64,000 bases of DNA from Symbiobacterium thermophilum (GCA_020725145.1 DYFO01000003.1:1324-65323), one strand, 5' to 3'. Numbered from the stretch's first letter, positions 29,483 to 40,195 are shown. Program-made: numbers and translations. The notes: generated by a model not told the origin, from the letters alone.

Positions 29483-30626
29483 GTGTGGTTGGTGTTTGAA
29501 GAGGCAAAGCGGGGTCTGACGCAGCTTGATGAGCGGCTGGTGGAAATGGGGGAGTCTCTTTGACCTGACCGCCAAGGAGGCCAGGGTGGCCGCGATCGAG
29601 GAAGCGATGGCCGCCGGCGACTTCTGGAACGAGCGCGAGGAGGCCCGGCGGCTGGTGGACGAGCTTCGGGGATTGAAGGACGTCCTGGAGCGTTTCCGCG
29701 CCCTCAGGCGGCGCTGCGAAGACCTGGAGGCCCTCATCGAGCTGGGCGAGGAGGCGGGCGACGCCTCGCTGCTTACCGAAGCCACCCGCGAACTGAAGAC
29801 CCTGGAGCGGGGAGTCGACGAGCTTGAGCTGCTCACCTTGCTCAACGGCGAGTACGATGCGCGTAACGCCATCGTCTCGCTGCACGCCGGTGCCGGCGGT
29901 ACCGACGCGCAGGACTGGGTGCAGATCCTGGGGCGCATGTACACGCGGTGGGCGGAGGAACACGGCTACCGCGTGACGGTGCTGGACGCTCAGGACGGCG
30001 AGGAGGCGGGCCTTAAGACGCTCACCGTCCAGGTGGCCGGGCCCAACGCGTACGGTTTCCTCAAGGCCGAGAAGGGGGTCCACCGGCTGGTGCGCATCTC
30101 CCCCTTCGACGCATCGAGCCGCCGTCACACTTCCTTTGCCTCGGTGGACGTGGTGCCGGAGATCGAAGACGACGTGGAGGTCGAGATCGACCCTGAGGAG
30201 CTGCGGGTCGACACCTTCCGGTCGGGAGGCGCAGGGGGTCAGCACGTCAACAAGACCGACTCGGCGGTGCGCATCACCCACCTTCCGACGGGCATCGTGG
30301 TCAGCTGCCAGAACGAACGCTCGCAGCATGCGAACCGCGAGACGGCCCTTCGCATCCTAAAGTCCCGCCTGCTTGAGCTGAGGCAGCTCAAGCAGCAAGA
30401 AGAGCTGGCCCGGCTGCGGGGTGAGCAGCGAGAGATAGCGTGGGGCAGCCAGATACGATCGTACGTGTTTCAGCCCTACACGCTGGTAAAGGACCACCGC
30501 ACGGGTGAAGAGCGGGGCAACGTCCAGGCCGTCCTTGATGGGGACCTCGACGCCTTCATCTACGCCTACTTGAAGCAGCAGCTGAAGGCAGCGGAAGTCA
30601 GGGTCGACCCGAAGACGGCGAGATGA
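29483..30626 (+). CDS. prfB: peptide chain release factor 2, made by a programmed +1 frameshift
   Basis: Frame 0 runs from GTG 29483 to in-frame TGA at 29561-29563. Slip on CTT TGA C at 29558-29564 enters the long ORF (SPF motif, GGQ). SD-like GGGGGAG precedes the site. Confidence 0.9.
29555..29564 (+). other. prfB +1 frameshift site (CTC TTT GAC)
   Basis: Canonical CUU-UGA-C shifty stop with an upstream SD-like GGGGGAG. Confidence 0.85.
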
Positions 30627-30630
30627 GGGG

Positions 30631-31359
30631 GTGTGCGCGGTGCGGCGGCGATTGATCGTGCTCTTCGTGGTGTTGCTGGTGGGCAGTGCCCTGGCAGAGG
30701 CGTTCTTGCCCCGCGCGGTGCAGCGTGGACTGGAAGTCGGCCTCGCCAACATGCTGGGCGGAGAGCCCGACGTCAGGCTCCGAGCCTTTCCCTCGCTGAA
30801 GCTGCTGCTGGGTCGCTTCGACAGCATCACCGTCGAGAGCCAGGGGGTGCAGGCGGGCAGCCTGCTGATCGACAGCATAAGCTGCACGCTGGAGGAAGTT
30901 GCGGTCAGCATGCGGGCGCTTTTGCTCGAGCGTACCGTGGTGGTCGAGCGGGTGGGCAAGCAGCATGTGACCATGCGTATCTCCGAGAGCAGCCTCCGCG
31001 GTCACGTGGCCCGCACGGTGAGCCTTCTCCAGGAGCCAAGGGTGGTGCTGCGCGACGGCATCGTCGCCGTGCAGGGGAAGGTGAACGTCGGCCGGCAACC
31101 GGTGTTGCTTGCGGTGGACGGGACCTTCGAACCCGATGCCGAGAACTCCTCACGGATACGCTACCATATCCGGCGCTTGCGGCTGGACGGCGTGGAGGCC
31201 GAGGGGGCCTTCCTTGGCGGCCTGATCACCCTGCTGGGCGGGCCTGAGGTGTTCATCGACCTGCGACAGGCGCCGTTACCGATGCAGGTCACCGAGGTGG
31301 CGGTTAAAGACGGCTGGCTGGTGATACGGGCACAGGTGGTCGAGGCGACGGGGCGCTGA
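30631..31359 (+). CDS. DUF2993-like membrane-anchored protein
   Basis: N-terminal TM helix plus a beta-rich domain. Weak family resemblance only. Confidence 0.5.
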   Translation: MCAVRRRLIVLFVVLLVGSALAEAFLPRAVQRGLEVGLANMLGGEPDVRLRAFPSLKLLLGRFDSITVESQGVQAGSLLIDSISCTLEEVAVSMRALLLERTVVVERVGKQHVTMRISESSLRGHVARTVSLLQEPRVVLRDGIVAVQGKVNVGRQPVLLAVDGTFEPDAENSSRIRYHIRRLRLDGVEAEGAFLGGLITLLGGPEVFIDLRQAPLPMQVTEVAVKDGWLVIRAQVVEATGR

Positions 31360-31506
31360 GGCGTCCACAGGCCTACCGGTGGCGGGAGCGGATGACATGT
31401 CCGAAGCAGGAGCAAAACGGCAAGACCGGAGGCGGCGGGCGCGTTTCCCCGGCGTCGGCGCCATCATGAGGAGGAAGGGCGGCTTGCCCCATCCGCCACG
31501 GCTGTC

Positions 31507-33492
31507 GTGAAGCGTCCGGCGGCCGTACTGGTTCTTTTGCTGTTGCTGGGCACGGGGGCGGCCTCGTACATAGCGGTCCAGCGTGAGCTCCGCCTGGCCT
31601 CCCATCCCGCGGTGGAGATCGTCCTGGACCACCGTGCGGCCTTGATCCTGGCGGCCGAACTCGGCTACTCCTTTGCCGATTTCGTCGGGGAGCTAGCCGA
31701 CGCGGGGGTCACCGCGCTCGGGATCTCCGAGGTAAGCTTCGAAGACCTGCCCTTCCGCCCCGGGGTCAGCGTGATGGAAGGTTACCAGTTACTGGCCGAA
31801 TGCCCCCTGGTCGGCACAGGTGACCTCGCCTGCCGGCTCCAGGCGGCCGGGCTACTCGAACCCTGGCACACCTGCATCCTGGCGTCCGACCGCGGTTTCG
31901 CGGAGTTCCTGGCCGGGTGGGCAAGACGCCGACTGGGGCCCGACCGCGCCGAGCTCGTGGCGCTACCCCAGGCCGCGGGCTACATGGTGGTGCTCAGGGG
32001 GGTTCCCACCGTCAACCGGCCCGATCCGCGCCGCCCCGACGAGGAACGCCGTCTCCCCGAGCTTCGCTTCGGGTTTTGGCCGGGCGATCTGGCGGAGGCT
32101 GCCGACCTGGGTCTGGGAGTGGTGGCGGTGGTCCACAACGACCGTCGACTCGGCCCCGAGGACATCCGGGCACTGCTTGAGCCCTTAAGAGGCAAGCCCG
32201 AGCTTCGCGCAGTGCACTTCGCCGCGGGAAAGGCGCTTGGCCATCCCGACCGCGAGCGGCTCCGGGTTACGGCGGGGCTTTTCCGTGACTGGGGGCTGGT
32301 ACCCGCGCTGATGCGGGATGAGGCTCAGGAGGGAGTAGAGGTGGTGGCCGCGGCCGTCGGCTACCAGGGCATCAAACTACGACAGGTGCTCACCGGACGG
32401 CCGGCGGCGGAGTACGCGGATGCCGTGAGCGAGCGCGGCACCCGCGGCCTGTACCTCGCTCCGGCGGCCTTCCCCGGTCCCCCGACCGCAACCCTTGACG
32501 GCAACCGCGCCGAGCTGGAGCGGCTTGTCGCCGCGCTGGAGAAGGTGGGCTATCACCCGGGAGCCGCGCAGCCACTGGCCGCCTACCAACCTCCCGTCAC
32601 GGCACTGGCGCTGGCAGGAGCGGCGGTCGCCGCGGCGGGATGGCTGGCGGCCGGACTGCTGTGGCCCCGTAGGCTGGCGAGGTGGCCGGTCGCGCCGGTG
32701 GCGATGGCGGCCACGGTGGTCGCGGCCGCGGCGATCGCCGCCTGGTGGCCCGGACCGGGAAGGGAGGGCCTTGCCCTCCTGTCGGCCGTCATCTTCCCGA
32801 CCTGGGGGACACTCGCGGTGGTGGGGTGGCACCGGGGAGTACGCCGGGAGGGTCGGCTGCTGCTTCGCGGGCTGGCCGGGGTGCTGATCGCCACGGCCCT
32901 CGCCGTGGCAGGTGGACTGCTGGTCGGCGGGCTGCTCGGGGAGACCGCCTATGTCCTGGAAGTGCGGCTGTTCCGCGGGGTCAAGCTGGCGCACGGCCTG
33001 CCGCTCCTCTTGGTGGCCGCGGCGCTGTTGGCCCCCTTGGGGCGCGGGCGTCGTCTGCTCGGACGGGAGCTCACGGTCGGTGACTTCGCGGTGGCGGTGG
33101 GGCTCGCGGCCGCCGCGGTGGTCTACCTCGTCCGCACGGGTAACGAGCCGCTGGTTGCCCCGGGGGGTGCGGAGCTGGCCCTCCGCGAGGCGCTGGAGCG
33201 GGTCCTGGTGGTACGCCCGCGGCTGAAGGAGTTCTTGCTGGGGCATCCCGCCCTGCTCTTGATGCCGCTGGCCGCGCTCAAGCGGCGGGGGGCGGTGCTG
33301 ACGGGACTGGCCCTGGCGGCGACGGTGGGCCAGGTCTCGGTGATCAACTCCTTTGCCCACCTGCACACGCCGGCGGCTTTGACCCTGCTGCGCACGGCGT
33401 GGGGACTCATCTTCGGAGTGGCGGTCGGTCTGGTGGGATTTGCCTTGCTCACCTGGCGTCGGGGGACTTCCCCCTACGCGGAAAGGGGCTGA
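31507..33492 (+). CDS. large polytopic membrane protein, paralogue 1 (661 aa)
   Basis: One N-terminal TM, about 340 aa extracytoplasmic domain, then 8 to 9 TM helices. Conserved C-terminal blocks are shared with the next gene. Confidence 0.7.
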   Translation: MKRPAAVLVLLLLLGTGAASYIAVQRELRLASHPAVEIVLDHRAALILAAELGYSFADFVGELADAGVTALGISEVSFEDLPFRPGVSVMEGYQLLAECPLVGTGDLACRLQAAGLLEPWHTCILASDRGFAEFLAGWARRRLGPDRAELVALPQAAGYMVVLRGVPTVNRPDPRRPDEERRLPELRFGFWPGDLAEAADLGLGVVAVVHNDRRLGPEDIRALLEPLRGKPELRAVHFAAGKALGHPDRERLRVTAGLFRDWGLVPALMRDEAQEGVEVVAAAVGYQGIKLRQVLTGRPAAEYADAVSERGTRGLYLAPAAFPGPPTATLDGNRAELERLVAALEKVGYHPGAAQPLAAYQPPVTALALAGAAVAAAGWLAAGLLWPRRLARWPVAPVAMAATVVAAAAIAAWWPGPGREGLALLSAVIFPTWGTLAVVGWHRGVRREGRLLLRGLAGVLIATALAVAGGLLVGGLLGETAYVLEVRLFRGVKLAHGLPLLLVAAALLAPLGRGRRLLGRELTVGDFAVAVGLAAAAVVYLVRTGNEPLVAPGGAELALREALERVLVVRPRLKEFLLGHPALLLMPLAALKRRGAVLTGLALAATVGQVSVINSFAHLHTPAALTLLRTAWGLIFGVAVGLVGFALLTWRRGTSPYAERG

Positions 33493-33495
33493 ACC

Positions 33496-35541
33496 ATGGC
33501 CGAACTGCTCGTGCGGGACAGAAGGGCCGGCGCTCTCATCTTGCTGGCACTGCTTGCGGCACTGCCCATCCTGGCGGGCAGGGTGGTCGTGGAGCAGCCC
33601 AACCGCGCGGTGGAACTGGTCCTGGATCTCGAGGAGACGAGGGTACTGGCACGGGCGTCGGGGCTGGAGATCGGCACCTTGCTCGGGTACTTCGCCGACG
33701 CCGGGGTTACCTCGCTGGCGGTCAAGGAAACGACCCCGCTGGCTCTTTACCAGGCCGGCAGGGTATGGCTTGCCCCGGGCTCGGAGCTTGCGTGGACGGT
33801 ACGCGCCGGGCGCTGGCTTCACCCCCTCCTGGTCCGGGTCGTGCAGGAAGGCTGGGTGCGCGACGGCTACTGCTACCTGGTGGTGGAGGAGGCGTCCACC
33901 GCCGACTGGCTGGAACGGAGCCTTGCGGTGCGTCTGGGCGCGGATACGGTGGTCCGGCGGAGCGCAGAGGGGCTGCACCTTCTAGGGGTGCCAGGCGGGC
34001 GCGAGCGGCTTGAGAAGGTGGAGCTGGGGATCGATGAGGCCGAACTCGCACTGGCGGAGGCGGCAGGTCTTTGGCTGGTGCCTCGCTTTGCCAACTACCC
34101 GGGGATCACGGCGGCGGCGGTCGAGGAAGCGTTCGCCGTGGCCAGGGCGGCGGGGAAGGTCAGCACCGTGATCTTCACCGGGTACGAGGTGCTGGGCTAC
34201 CCAGGTCAGCTCGAGGCCACCGCCGCGGCGTTGCTCGACGGGGAGATCACCCTCGGGCTGGTGGAGACGCCGGTGCAGCGGTCGTTCATCCGGCAAGACG
34301 GCCAGGTCGAGCTTGCCGCGCTTACCGGCTACCGCGTGGCCCGGGTGTACAGCATATCCCGGCGCGAGATCGACAAGCACCTCAACCCGCCGCGAGCGGT
34401 GGAGATGTGGGTGAGATCGGTCAAGGAGCGGAACATCAGGGTTCTTTACCTGCGTCCTTTTCTGCGGCCTCCCGCCGGGTACGAGGGAGTCGACCTCGTG
34501 GAACTGAACCTGGGTTACATCCGTGACCTGACGGATGAGCTTGCCCGTGCGGGATTCCGTTCCGGGCCCGCGGTTCCTTTCCGACCCCTCCGGGTTCCCG
34601 CCTGGGCGGCCCTGCTGGTCGCTCTGGGGGTCACGGGAGGGGGACTTGTGCTGCTCGGCCAGTTCGTCGATCCCGGACCCCGGTCGCGTCTTGCCCTTCT
34701 GGGTGCCGGCACCGCCGCGACGGTGCTCCTGTTCGCCTGGCGGGCCGACCTTGGGATCAAGGTGATGGCGCTGGGAGCCTCGCTGGTTTTCCCCTCGCTG
34801 GCGGTGGTGGCGCTGGTGCGAAGGTGGACGGGCCCCGTCCCCGGCGAGCGGCGGTGGTTTGAGCCGGCTGCGGATCTGCTCCGGGCGTCCCTGGTGTCGC
34901 TCGCGGGCGGGTTGATGGTGGCGGCCATGATGGGCGACATCAGGTACCTTCTGGAGTTCGAGTTCTTCCGGGGCGTCAAGCTGGCCGCCCTGGTGCCGCC
35001 GGCTTTCGCGGCCCTTGCCCTGGTATGGGTACATGTAGGGCCGGGCCGTGGCACCGCCTGGGTCGGGGACCTCAAACGGCTCGCAGATCGGCTGCAAAAC
35101 CTGCTGCGATCGAGGATGACGGTGATCCACCTGGTGGGGCTGGCCGTGGTGACGGCGGTCGGGCTTTTGTACCTTGGCCGGACCGGCCATGAGGCGGGGA
35201 TACCGGTGGCGGACTGGGAGATCCGGCTGCGCTCGCTGCTGGAGCAGACGCTGTACGCGCGGCCACGCATCAAGGAGTTCTTGCTGGGACACCCGGCCAT
35301 CATGCTGGGGAGCTGGGCCGCGGCGCGGGGAAGGCTTTCGCTGCTGGGGCCGGCCGCCGTGCTCGGTGCGGTGGGCCAGGCGTCGCTGGTCAATTCCTTC
35401 CAGCACCTGCGTACCCCCTTCATCCACTCGCTGCTCAGAACGTCGAACGGTCTTGCGCTCGGGGCGCTCGGGGGGCTGGTCCTGCTCGCCGTCCTGGACC
35501 TGGGGCTACGTCTGAGCACGATGGGAAGGAGCGATCGGTGA
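33496..35541 (+). CDS. large polytopic membrane protein, paralogue 2 (681 aa)
   Basis: Same architecture and conserved blocks as paralogue 1. ATG 4 nt after its stop. Overlaps the csaB start. Confidence 0.7.
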   Translation: MAELLVRDRRAGALILLALLAALPILAGRVVVEQPNRAVELVLDLEETRVLARASGLEIGTLLGYFADAGVTSLAVKETTPLALYQAGRVWLAPGSELAWTVRAGRWLHPLLVRVVQEGWVRDGYCYLVVEEASTADWLERSLAVRLGADTVVRRSAEGLHLLGVPGGRERLEKVELGIDEAELALAEAAGLWLVPRFANYPGITAAAVEEAFAVARAAGKVSTVIFTGYEVLGYPGQLEATAAALLDGEITLGLVETPVQRSFIRQDGQVELAALTGYRVARVYSISRREIDKHLNPPRAVEMWVRSVKERNIRVLYLRPFLRPPAGYEGVDLVELNLGYIRDLTDELARAGFRSGPAVPFRPLRVPAWAALLVALGVTGGGLVLLGQFVDPGPRSRLALLGAGTAATVLLFAWRADLGIKVMALGASLVFPSLAVVALVRRWTGPVPGERRWFEPAADLLRASLVSLAGGLMVAAMMGDIRYLLEFEFFRGVKLAALVPPAFAALALVWVHVGPGRGTAWVGDLKRLADRLQNLLRSRMTVIHLVGLAVVTAVGLLYLGRTGHEAGIPVADWEIRLRSLLEQTLYARPRIKEFLLGHPAIMLGSWAAARGRLSLLGPAAVLGAVGQASLVNSFQHLRTPFIHSLLRTSNGLALGALGGLVLLAVLDLGLRLSTMGRSDR

Positions 35542-36647
35542 ACACTCGCCTCGTGATCTCGGGCTATTACGGCTTCGGCAACGCCGGGGACGAGGCCATC
35601 CTGGCCTCAATGGTCAGTTCTTTCCGCGCCCTGGATCCCGCGGTCGGCATCACCGTGCTTTCCGCCAACCCGGCCAAGACGCGGGCCAACCACGACGTGC
35701 AGGCGATCGGCAGGACACACCTGCCCCGCATCGCCGAGGCGTTGCTGGGCGCGGACGCCCTGATCAGCGGAGCGGGCAGCTTGCTACAGGACGTTACCAG
35801 TAGCCGTACCCTGCTCTATTACCTTGGGATCATGGCGCTGGCCCAGCGGCTGGGCAAGCCGGTGGTGGTCTATGCCAACGGCATCGGTCCTCTGCGTTCG
35901 AGATTCGGTCGGCGGGCGGTGGCCCGCATCCTGAGAAGAACCGCCCTGATCACGGTGCGTGACCGCCAGTCGCTCGCGGAGCTCCAGGCCCTCGGCCTGC
36001 AAGGCGAGCGACCGCCCGTCGTGCTCGGCGCCGACCCCGCGTTGGCGTTGATGCCGCCTCCTCCGGACCGGGGGCGCGCCATACTGGCCGAGGCCGGGTT
36101 GGGTGACGGGGGAGAGCTGGTGATCATCGCGCCGCGGCGATTCCCCGGGCTGGCCGCCGTCGCGCCGGTCCTCGCGGCCGCCGCCGATTACCTGGTGCGG
36201 ACGAGGAAGGCGCGTGTGCTGTTTCTGCCCATGCAGTCGCCGGAGGACGACGCGGCCGCGGCGCTCATACGCGGGCGCATGCGGGAGAGCGCCGTGACCT
36301 TGCACGGCGAGCACTACCCCGGGGAGCTACTCAGCCTGGTGGGAGAGGCCAGCCTGCTGATAGGTGTGCGCCTGCACGCGCTGATCTTCGCCGCGGTCAT
36401 GGCGGTGCCCGCGCTGGGCATCGCCTACGATCCGAAGATCCCCGGTTTCGCCGAGAGCGTGGGGCTGCCCGCCCTCGGGCCCCACGACCTGCGGGTGGAG
36501 GACTTGCTGATCCAGGCCGACCTCTTGCTGCGGGAGGCGCCGAAGGTGCGACAGGACCTGCAGGCCCGCGTAGAGAAACTGCGGCAACAGGCCCGTCTCA
36601 GCGCCCGGCTGACCATGGAGTACCTGGACGCGAGGAAAGAGGCGTGA
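35538..36647 (+). CDS. csaB: polysaccharide pyruvyl transferase CsaB
   Basis: PS_pyruv_trans signature (LVISGYYGFGNAGDEAIL ... LISGAGSLLQD). Confidence 0.85.
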   Translation: MNTRLVISGYYGFGNAGDEAILASMVSSFRALDPAVGITVLSANPAKTRANHDVQAIGRTHLPRIAEALLGADALISGAGSLLQDVTSSRTLLYYLGIMALAQRLGKPVVVYANGIGPLRSRFGRRAVARILRRTALITVRDRQSLAELQALGLQGERPPVVLGADPALALMPPPPDRGRAILAEAGLGDGGELVIIAPRRFPGLAAVAPVLAAAADYLVRTRKARVLFLPMQSPEDDAAAALIRGRMRESAVTLHGEHYPGELLSLVGEASLLIGVRLHALIFAAVMAVPALGIAYDPKIPGFAESVGLPALGPHDLRVEDLLIQADLLLREAPKVRQDLQARVEKLRQQARLSARLTMEYLDARKEA

Positions 36648-37402
36648 CCGGGCGGCCGACCGTGGAGCTGCTCGGGGTAAGCATCGACCGCGTGACCTTC
36701 GATGCGGCGGTCGAGCGTGCGGTGCGGCTCGCCACCGCCCGACAGGGAAGCCTGGCGGTCACCGCCAACGCCGAGCTGGTGTGGGCGGCGACCCGGGATG
36801 CGGAGCTCAGGACGATCCTGAACCGGGCCGACCTGGTGGTGGCCGACGGCGCCGGCGTGGTCTGGGCGTCGCGGGTGCTGGGCGAACCGCTGCCGCAGCG
36901 GGTTGCCGGTTATGATCTGATGCTGGGGCTGCTGGCGGCGGCGGCCGAACGCGGTTACCGGGTGTACTTGCTCGGGGGGCGGCCGGGCGTGGCCCTGCGG
37001 GCGGCCGCGGTTGCCCGGGAGCGCTACGCCGGGCTGAGGGTCGTGGGAACCGCCCACGGCTATTTCGGCCCGGAAGATGAGCCGGCCGTGCGCGCGGCGA
37101 TCGCCCGGGCCCGACCGCATCTCCTTTTCGTCGGCCTGGGCGCCCCCCGGCAGGAGAAGTGGCTGGCCTGCAACCTGCCGGCGCTGGGAGTGGGGCTGGC
37201 GATGGGAGTGGGAGGAAGCCTGGACGTGCTGGCCGGCGTGCGCCGTCGGGCGCCAGACTGGATGATAAGGGCGAACCTGGAATGGCTGTACCGGCTGTTA
37301 CGTGAGCCGCGCCGCATCGGCAGGCAGCTGGCCCTGCCACGGTTCGCGCTGGCGGTGCTGGCGGCGCGGCGGCGCCGTAGGGGAGAGGACCGTGACCATT
37401 GA
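36644..37402 (+). CDS. tagA: WecG/TagA/CpsF family glycosyltransferase (beta-1,4-ManNAc transferase TagA-like)
   Basis: Family motifs ([32 protein letters not shown]). GTGA overlap with csaB. Confidence 0.85.
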   Translation: MTGRPTVELLGVSIDRVTFDAAVERAVRLATARQGSLAVTANAELVWAATRDAELRTILNRADLVVADGAGVVWASRVLGEPLPQRVAGYDLMLGLLAAAAERGYRVYLLGGRPGVALRAAAVARERYAGLRVVGTAHGYFGPEDEPAVRAAIARARPHLLFVGLGAPRQEKWLACNLPALGVGLAMGVGGSLDVLAGVRRRAPDWMIRANLEWLYRLLREPRRIGRQLALPRFALAVLAARRRRRGEDRDH

Positions 37403-38210
37403 CCTTCGCGAGCTCGAGGAGCGGGCACGGCTGATACGCCGCCACATCGTACGCATGATCGGTGCGGCGGGGTCGGGCCATCCCGGAGGCTCGCTGTCGG
37501 CGGTAGACATCTTGACCGTGCTTTACTTCGCCGAGCTGAGCGTACGTCCCCAGCAGCCCGACTGGCCCGACCGCGATCGTTTCGTGCTCAGCAAGGGGCA
37601 TGCGGCTCCCGCGCTGTACGCCTGTCTTGCCGAACGCGGGTTTTTCGATCCGGCGGAGCTTGGCAGCCTGCGCCGGGTCGGCTCGCGCCTGCAGGGCCAT
37701 CCCGACCGCGCGCTGACCCCCGGAGTGGAAGCCTCCACCGGGTCCCTGGGGCAGGGGCTTTCGCTGGCGGTGGGGATGGCGCTGGCGGCCAGGCTGGATG
37801 GGGCGTCATGGCGGGTATGGGCGCTGCTGGGAGACGGTGAGATCCAGGAGGGCCAGGTCTGGGAGGCGGCCATGGCCGCCGCCCACTACCGGCTGGACAA
37901 CCTTGCCGCCTTCCTGGACCATAACGGCCTGCAGATCGACGGCCCCGTCCGCGAGGTGATGTCTCCGGAGCCGGTGGCGGCGAAGTGGGAGGCCTTTGGC
38001 TGGCGGGTACTGCGGATCGACGGCCACGACCTCGCGGCGATACGGGAGGCCTGCCGCCTGGCCCGGGAGACCCGCGGGCGTCCCACGATGATCGTGGCGG
38101 AAACGGTGAAAGGTAAAGGGGTTTCGTTCATGGAAGGCCGCGTGGAGTGGCACGGCAAGGCCCCCGGACCCGAGCAACTGGCGCAGGCCCTGGAGGAGCT
38201 GAAAGGATGA
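37392..38210 (+). CDS. transketolase, N-terminal (TPP-binding) subunit
   Basis: TPP-binding motifs ([14 protein letters not shown]). GTG at 37392. The track ORF from 37302 is over-extended. Confidence 0.85.
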   Translation: MTIDLRELEERARLIRRHIVRMIGAAGSGHPGGSLSAVDILTVLYFAELSVRPQQPDWPDRDRFVLSKGHAAPALYACLAERGFFDPAELGSLRRVGSRLQGHPDRALTPGVEASTGSLGQGLSLAVGMALAARLDGASWRVWALLGDGEIQEGQVWEAAMAAAHYRLDNLAAFLDHNGLQIDGPVREVMSPEPVAAKWEAFGWRVLRIDGHDLAAIREACRLARETRGRPTMIVAETVKGKGVSFMEGRVEWHGKAPGPEQLAQALEELKG

Positions 38211-39166
38211 CGGCGGAAGTGACGGCCCGCAAGAAGATCGCCACCCGCGAGGCCTACGGCGATGCCCTCGTGGAGCTGGGGCGCCTGCGGCCCGAGGTGG
38301 TGGTGCTGGACGCCGACCTGTCTGCCTCCACCTTTACACGGAAGTTCGCCGAGGCTTTCCCCGAGCGTTTCTTCAACGCCGGGGTGGCGGAGCAGAACCT
38401 GGTGGGCATGGCCGCCGGAATGGCGTCCGCCGGCAAGCTCCCCTTCGCCAGCAGCTTCGCCGTGTTCGTCCCCGGGCGGTGCTACGACCAGATACGGCTG
38501 TCCATCTGCTACCAGGAACTTGACGTGAAGCTGGTGGCCACCCATGGCGGCATCACCGTGGGCGAGGACGGCGCCTCGCATCAGGCTCTGGAAGACCTGG
38601 CGCTGGCCCGCGCCCTGCCCAACCTGGCGGTGGTGGTACCCGCGGACGCGACGGAGACCCGAAAGGCGGTGCACGCCGCCGCGCGTTGGCCCGGTCCCGT
38701 ATACCTCCGGCTGGGCCGACCGGCGGTGCCGGTGCTTTTCGGCGAGGATCATCCCTTCGAGCTGGGCAGGGCACACCTGCTGCGGGCAGGAGAGCACGTA
38801 ACCCTGGTGGCCTGCGGCATCATGGTGGCCATGGCGCTGGAGGCCGCGGAGGCGCTGGCGGCCGACGGTGTCCGGGCCGAGGTCCTCAACCTGTCCACGC
38901 TGAAGCCTCTGGACATCCCCGCCCTCGTGCGGTCCGCACGGCGCACCGGCGCGGTGGTCACCGCCGAGGAGCACAGCGTGGTGGGGGGCCTGGGGAGCGC
39001 GGTGGCCGAGGTGTTGGGCGAGCACCACCCCGTACCCATGGCGCGGGTGGGCGTCCGCGACGCCTTCGGCATGTCGGGCAGCCCTCAGGAGCTTCTGGAG
39101 CGCTTCGGGCTCACCGCGGCCGAGATAGCGCGGGCGGCCCGTTCGGTCATCGCCCGCAAACGTTGA
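38207..39166 (+). CDS. transketolase, C-terminal (pyrimidine-binding) subunit
   Basis: Pyrimidine-binding and C-terminal domains ([12 protein letters not shown] ... [15 protein letters not shown]). ATGA overlap with the N-terminal subunit. Confidence 0.9.
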   Translation: MTAEVTARKKIATREAYGDALVELGRLRPEVVVLDADLSASTFTRKFAEAFPERFFNAGVAEQNLVGMAAGMASAGKLPFASSFAVFVPGRCYDQIRLSICYQELDVKLVATHGGITVGEDGASHQALEDLALARALPNLAVVVPADATETRKAVHAAARWPGPVYLRLGRPAVPVLFGEDHPFELGRAHLLRAGEHVTLVACGIMVAMALEAAEALAADGVRAEVLNLSTLKPLDIPALVRSARRTGAVVTAEEHSVVGGLGSAVAEVLGEHHPVPMARVGVRDAFGMSGSPQELLERFGLTAAEIARAARSVIARKR

Positions 39167-39505
39167 TCCGCCCATCGGTCCTTGCCGAAACCCCTCACAT
39201 CTGCCGTCTCTTCTCCCCTTCTTTTACATAAAACCTTAGCTTTGCGAGAGGAATGTCGAACACGGATGTCGAAATAGCTGGGGCGAACCGCCCGGTTACA
39301 TAAGGCCCGCCTCGAGACGGGCCACGAGGCCGACCCACTTTCGGTAAGGGTGTCGCGTCCGCTCCGGGCTGCAGCGCCAACGGCCCAAGAGCTACGGGCC
39401 GCCGGCACGAGGGCATCGGGGAGCACGATGGACTCACCGGCGGGGCGGCTTTTCCCGCCGACGGAGCGGGGAGCCGGTTTCCGCTCCTCCCGGGGGTGGA
39501 CGCCC

Positions 39506-40195
39506 GTGTTCCAGCTGGATAGCGTCACCAAGGTTTACCCCAACAAGGTGGTGGCCCTGTCGGGGGTTAGCCTCACCATCCGTCGGGGAGAGTTCGTCTT
39601 CCTGGTAGGACCGAGTGGGGCAGGCAAGTCCACGCTCGTCAAGCTCCTTTACCGCGAGGAGCTGCCCACGCGGGGAAACATCCTTTTCGAGGGCCGCAGC
39701 ATAACCCGGCTCCGGCGCTCACAGGTCCCCTACCTGCGCCGCCGGGTGGGCGTCGTCTTCCAGGACTGCAAGCTTCTGCCCCACAAGACCGCCGAGGCCA
39801 ACGTCGCCTTTGCGCTGGAGGTGACGGGTGCCGGGGCCCGCGAGATACGCCGGCGGGTTCCGGCCGTGCTGGAACTGGTGGGTTTGGCCGACAAGGCCCG
39901 GGCTTACCCGCATGAGCTTTCGGGCGGCGAACAGCAGCGCGTAGCCCTCGCACGGGCCATCGTCAACAATCCGGCGGTGGTGATCGCCGATGAACCCACC
40001 GGCAACCTCGATCCCCAGACGGCGTGGGAGATCGTGGGACTGCTTGAGGAGATCAACCGGCGGGGGCGCACGGTGATCATGGCCACCCACGCCAAGGCGA
40101 TCGTCAACGCCATGAACCGCAGGGTGGTCGCCCTCTCGCGGGGCCGCATCTACCGCGACGACGCAAGTGGAGTGTACGACGATGGCTACCTTTAG
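39506..40195 (+). CDS. ftsE: cell division ATP-binding protein FtsE
   Basis: Walker A (GPSGAGKST), ABC signature (LSGGEQQR), Walker B. GTG 39506 gives about 229 aa. Alternative ATG at 39428. Confidence 0.85.
   Translation: MFQLDSVTKVYPNKVVALSGVSLTIRRGEFVFLVGPSGAGKSTLVKLLYREELPTRGNILFEGRSITRLRRSQVPYLRRRVGVVFQDCKLLPHKTAEANVAFALEVTGAGAREIRRRVPAVLELVGLADKARAYPHELSGGEQQRVALARAIVNNPAVVIADEPTGNLDPQTAWEIVGLLEEINRRGRTVIMATHAKAIVNAMNRRVVALSRGRIYRDDASGVYDDGYL

Noticed and set aside
32377-35427. 533-aa and 481-aa minus-strand ORFs antisense to the two large membrane-protein genes
   Set aside because: Low-complexity R/G/P/Q-rich products. The sense-strand genes have strong hydropathy periodicity and paralogue conservation.
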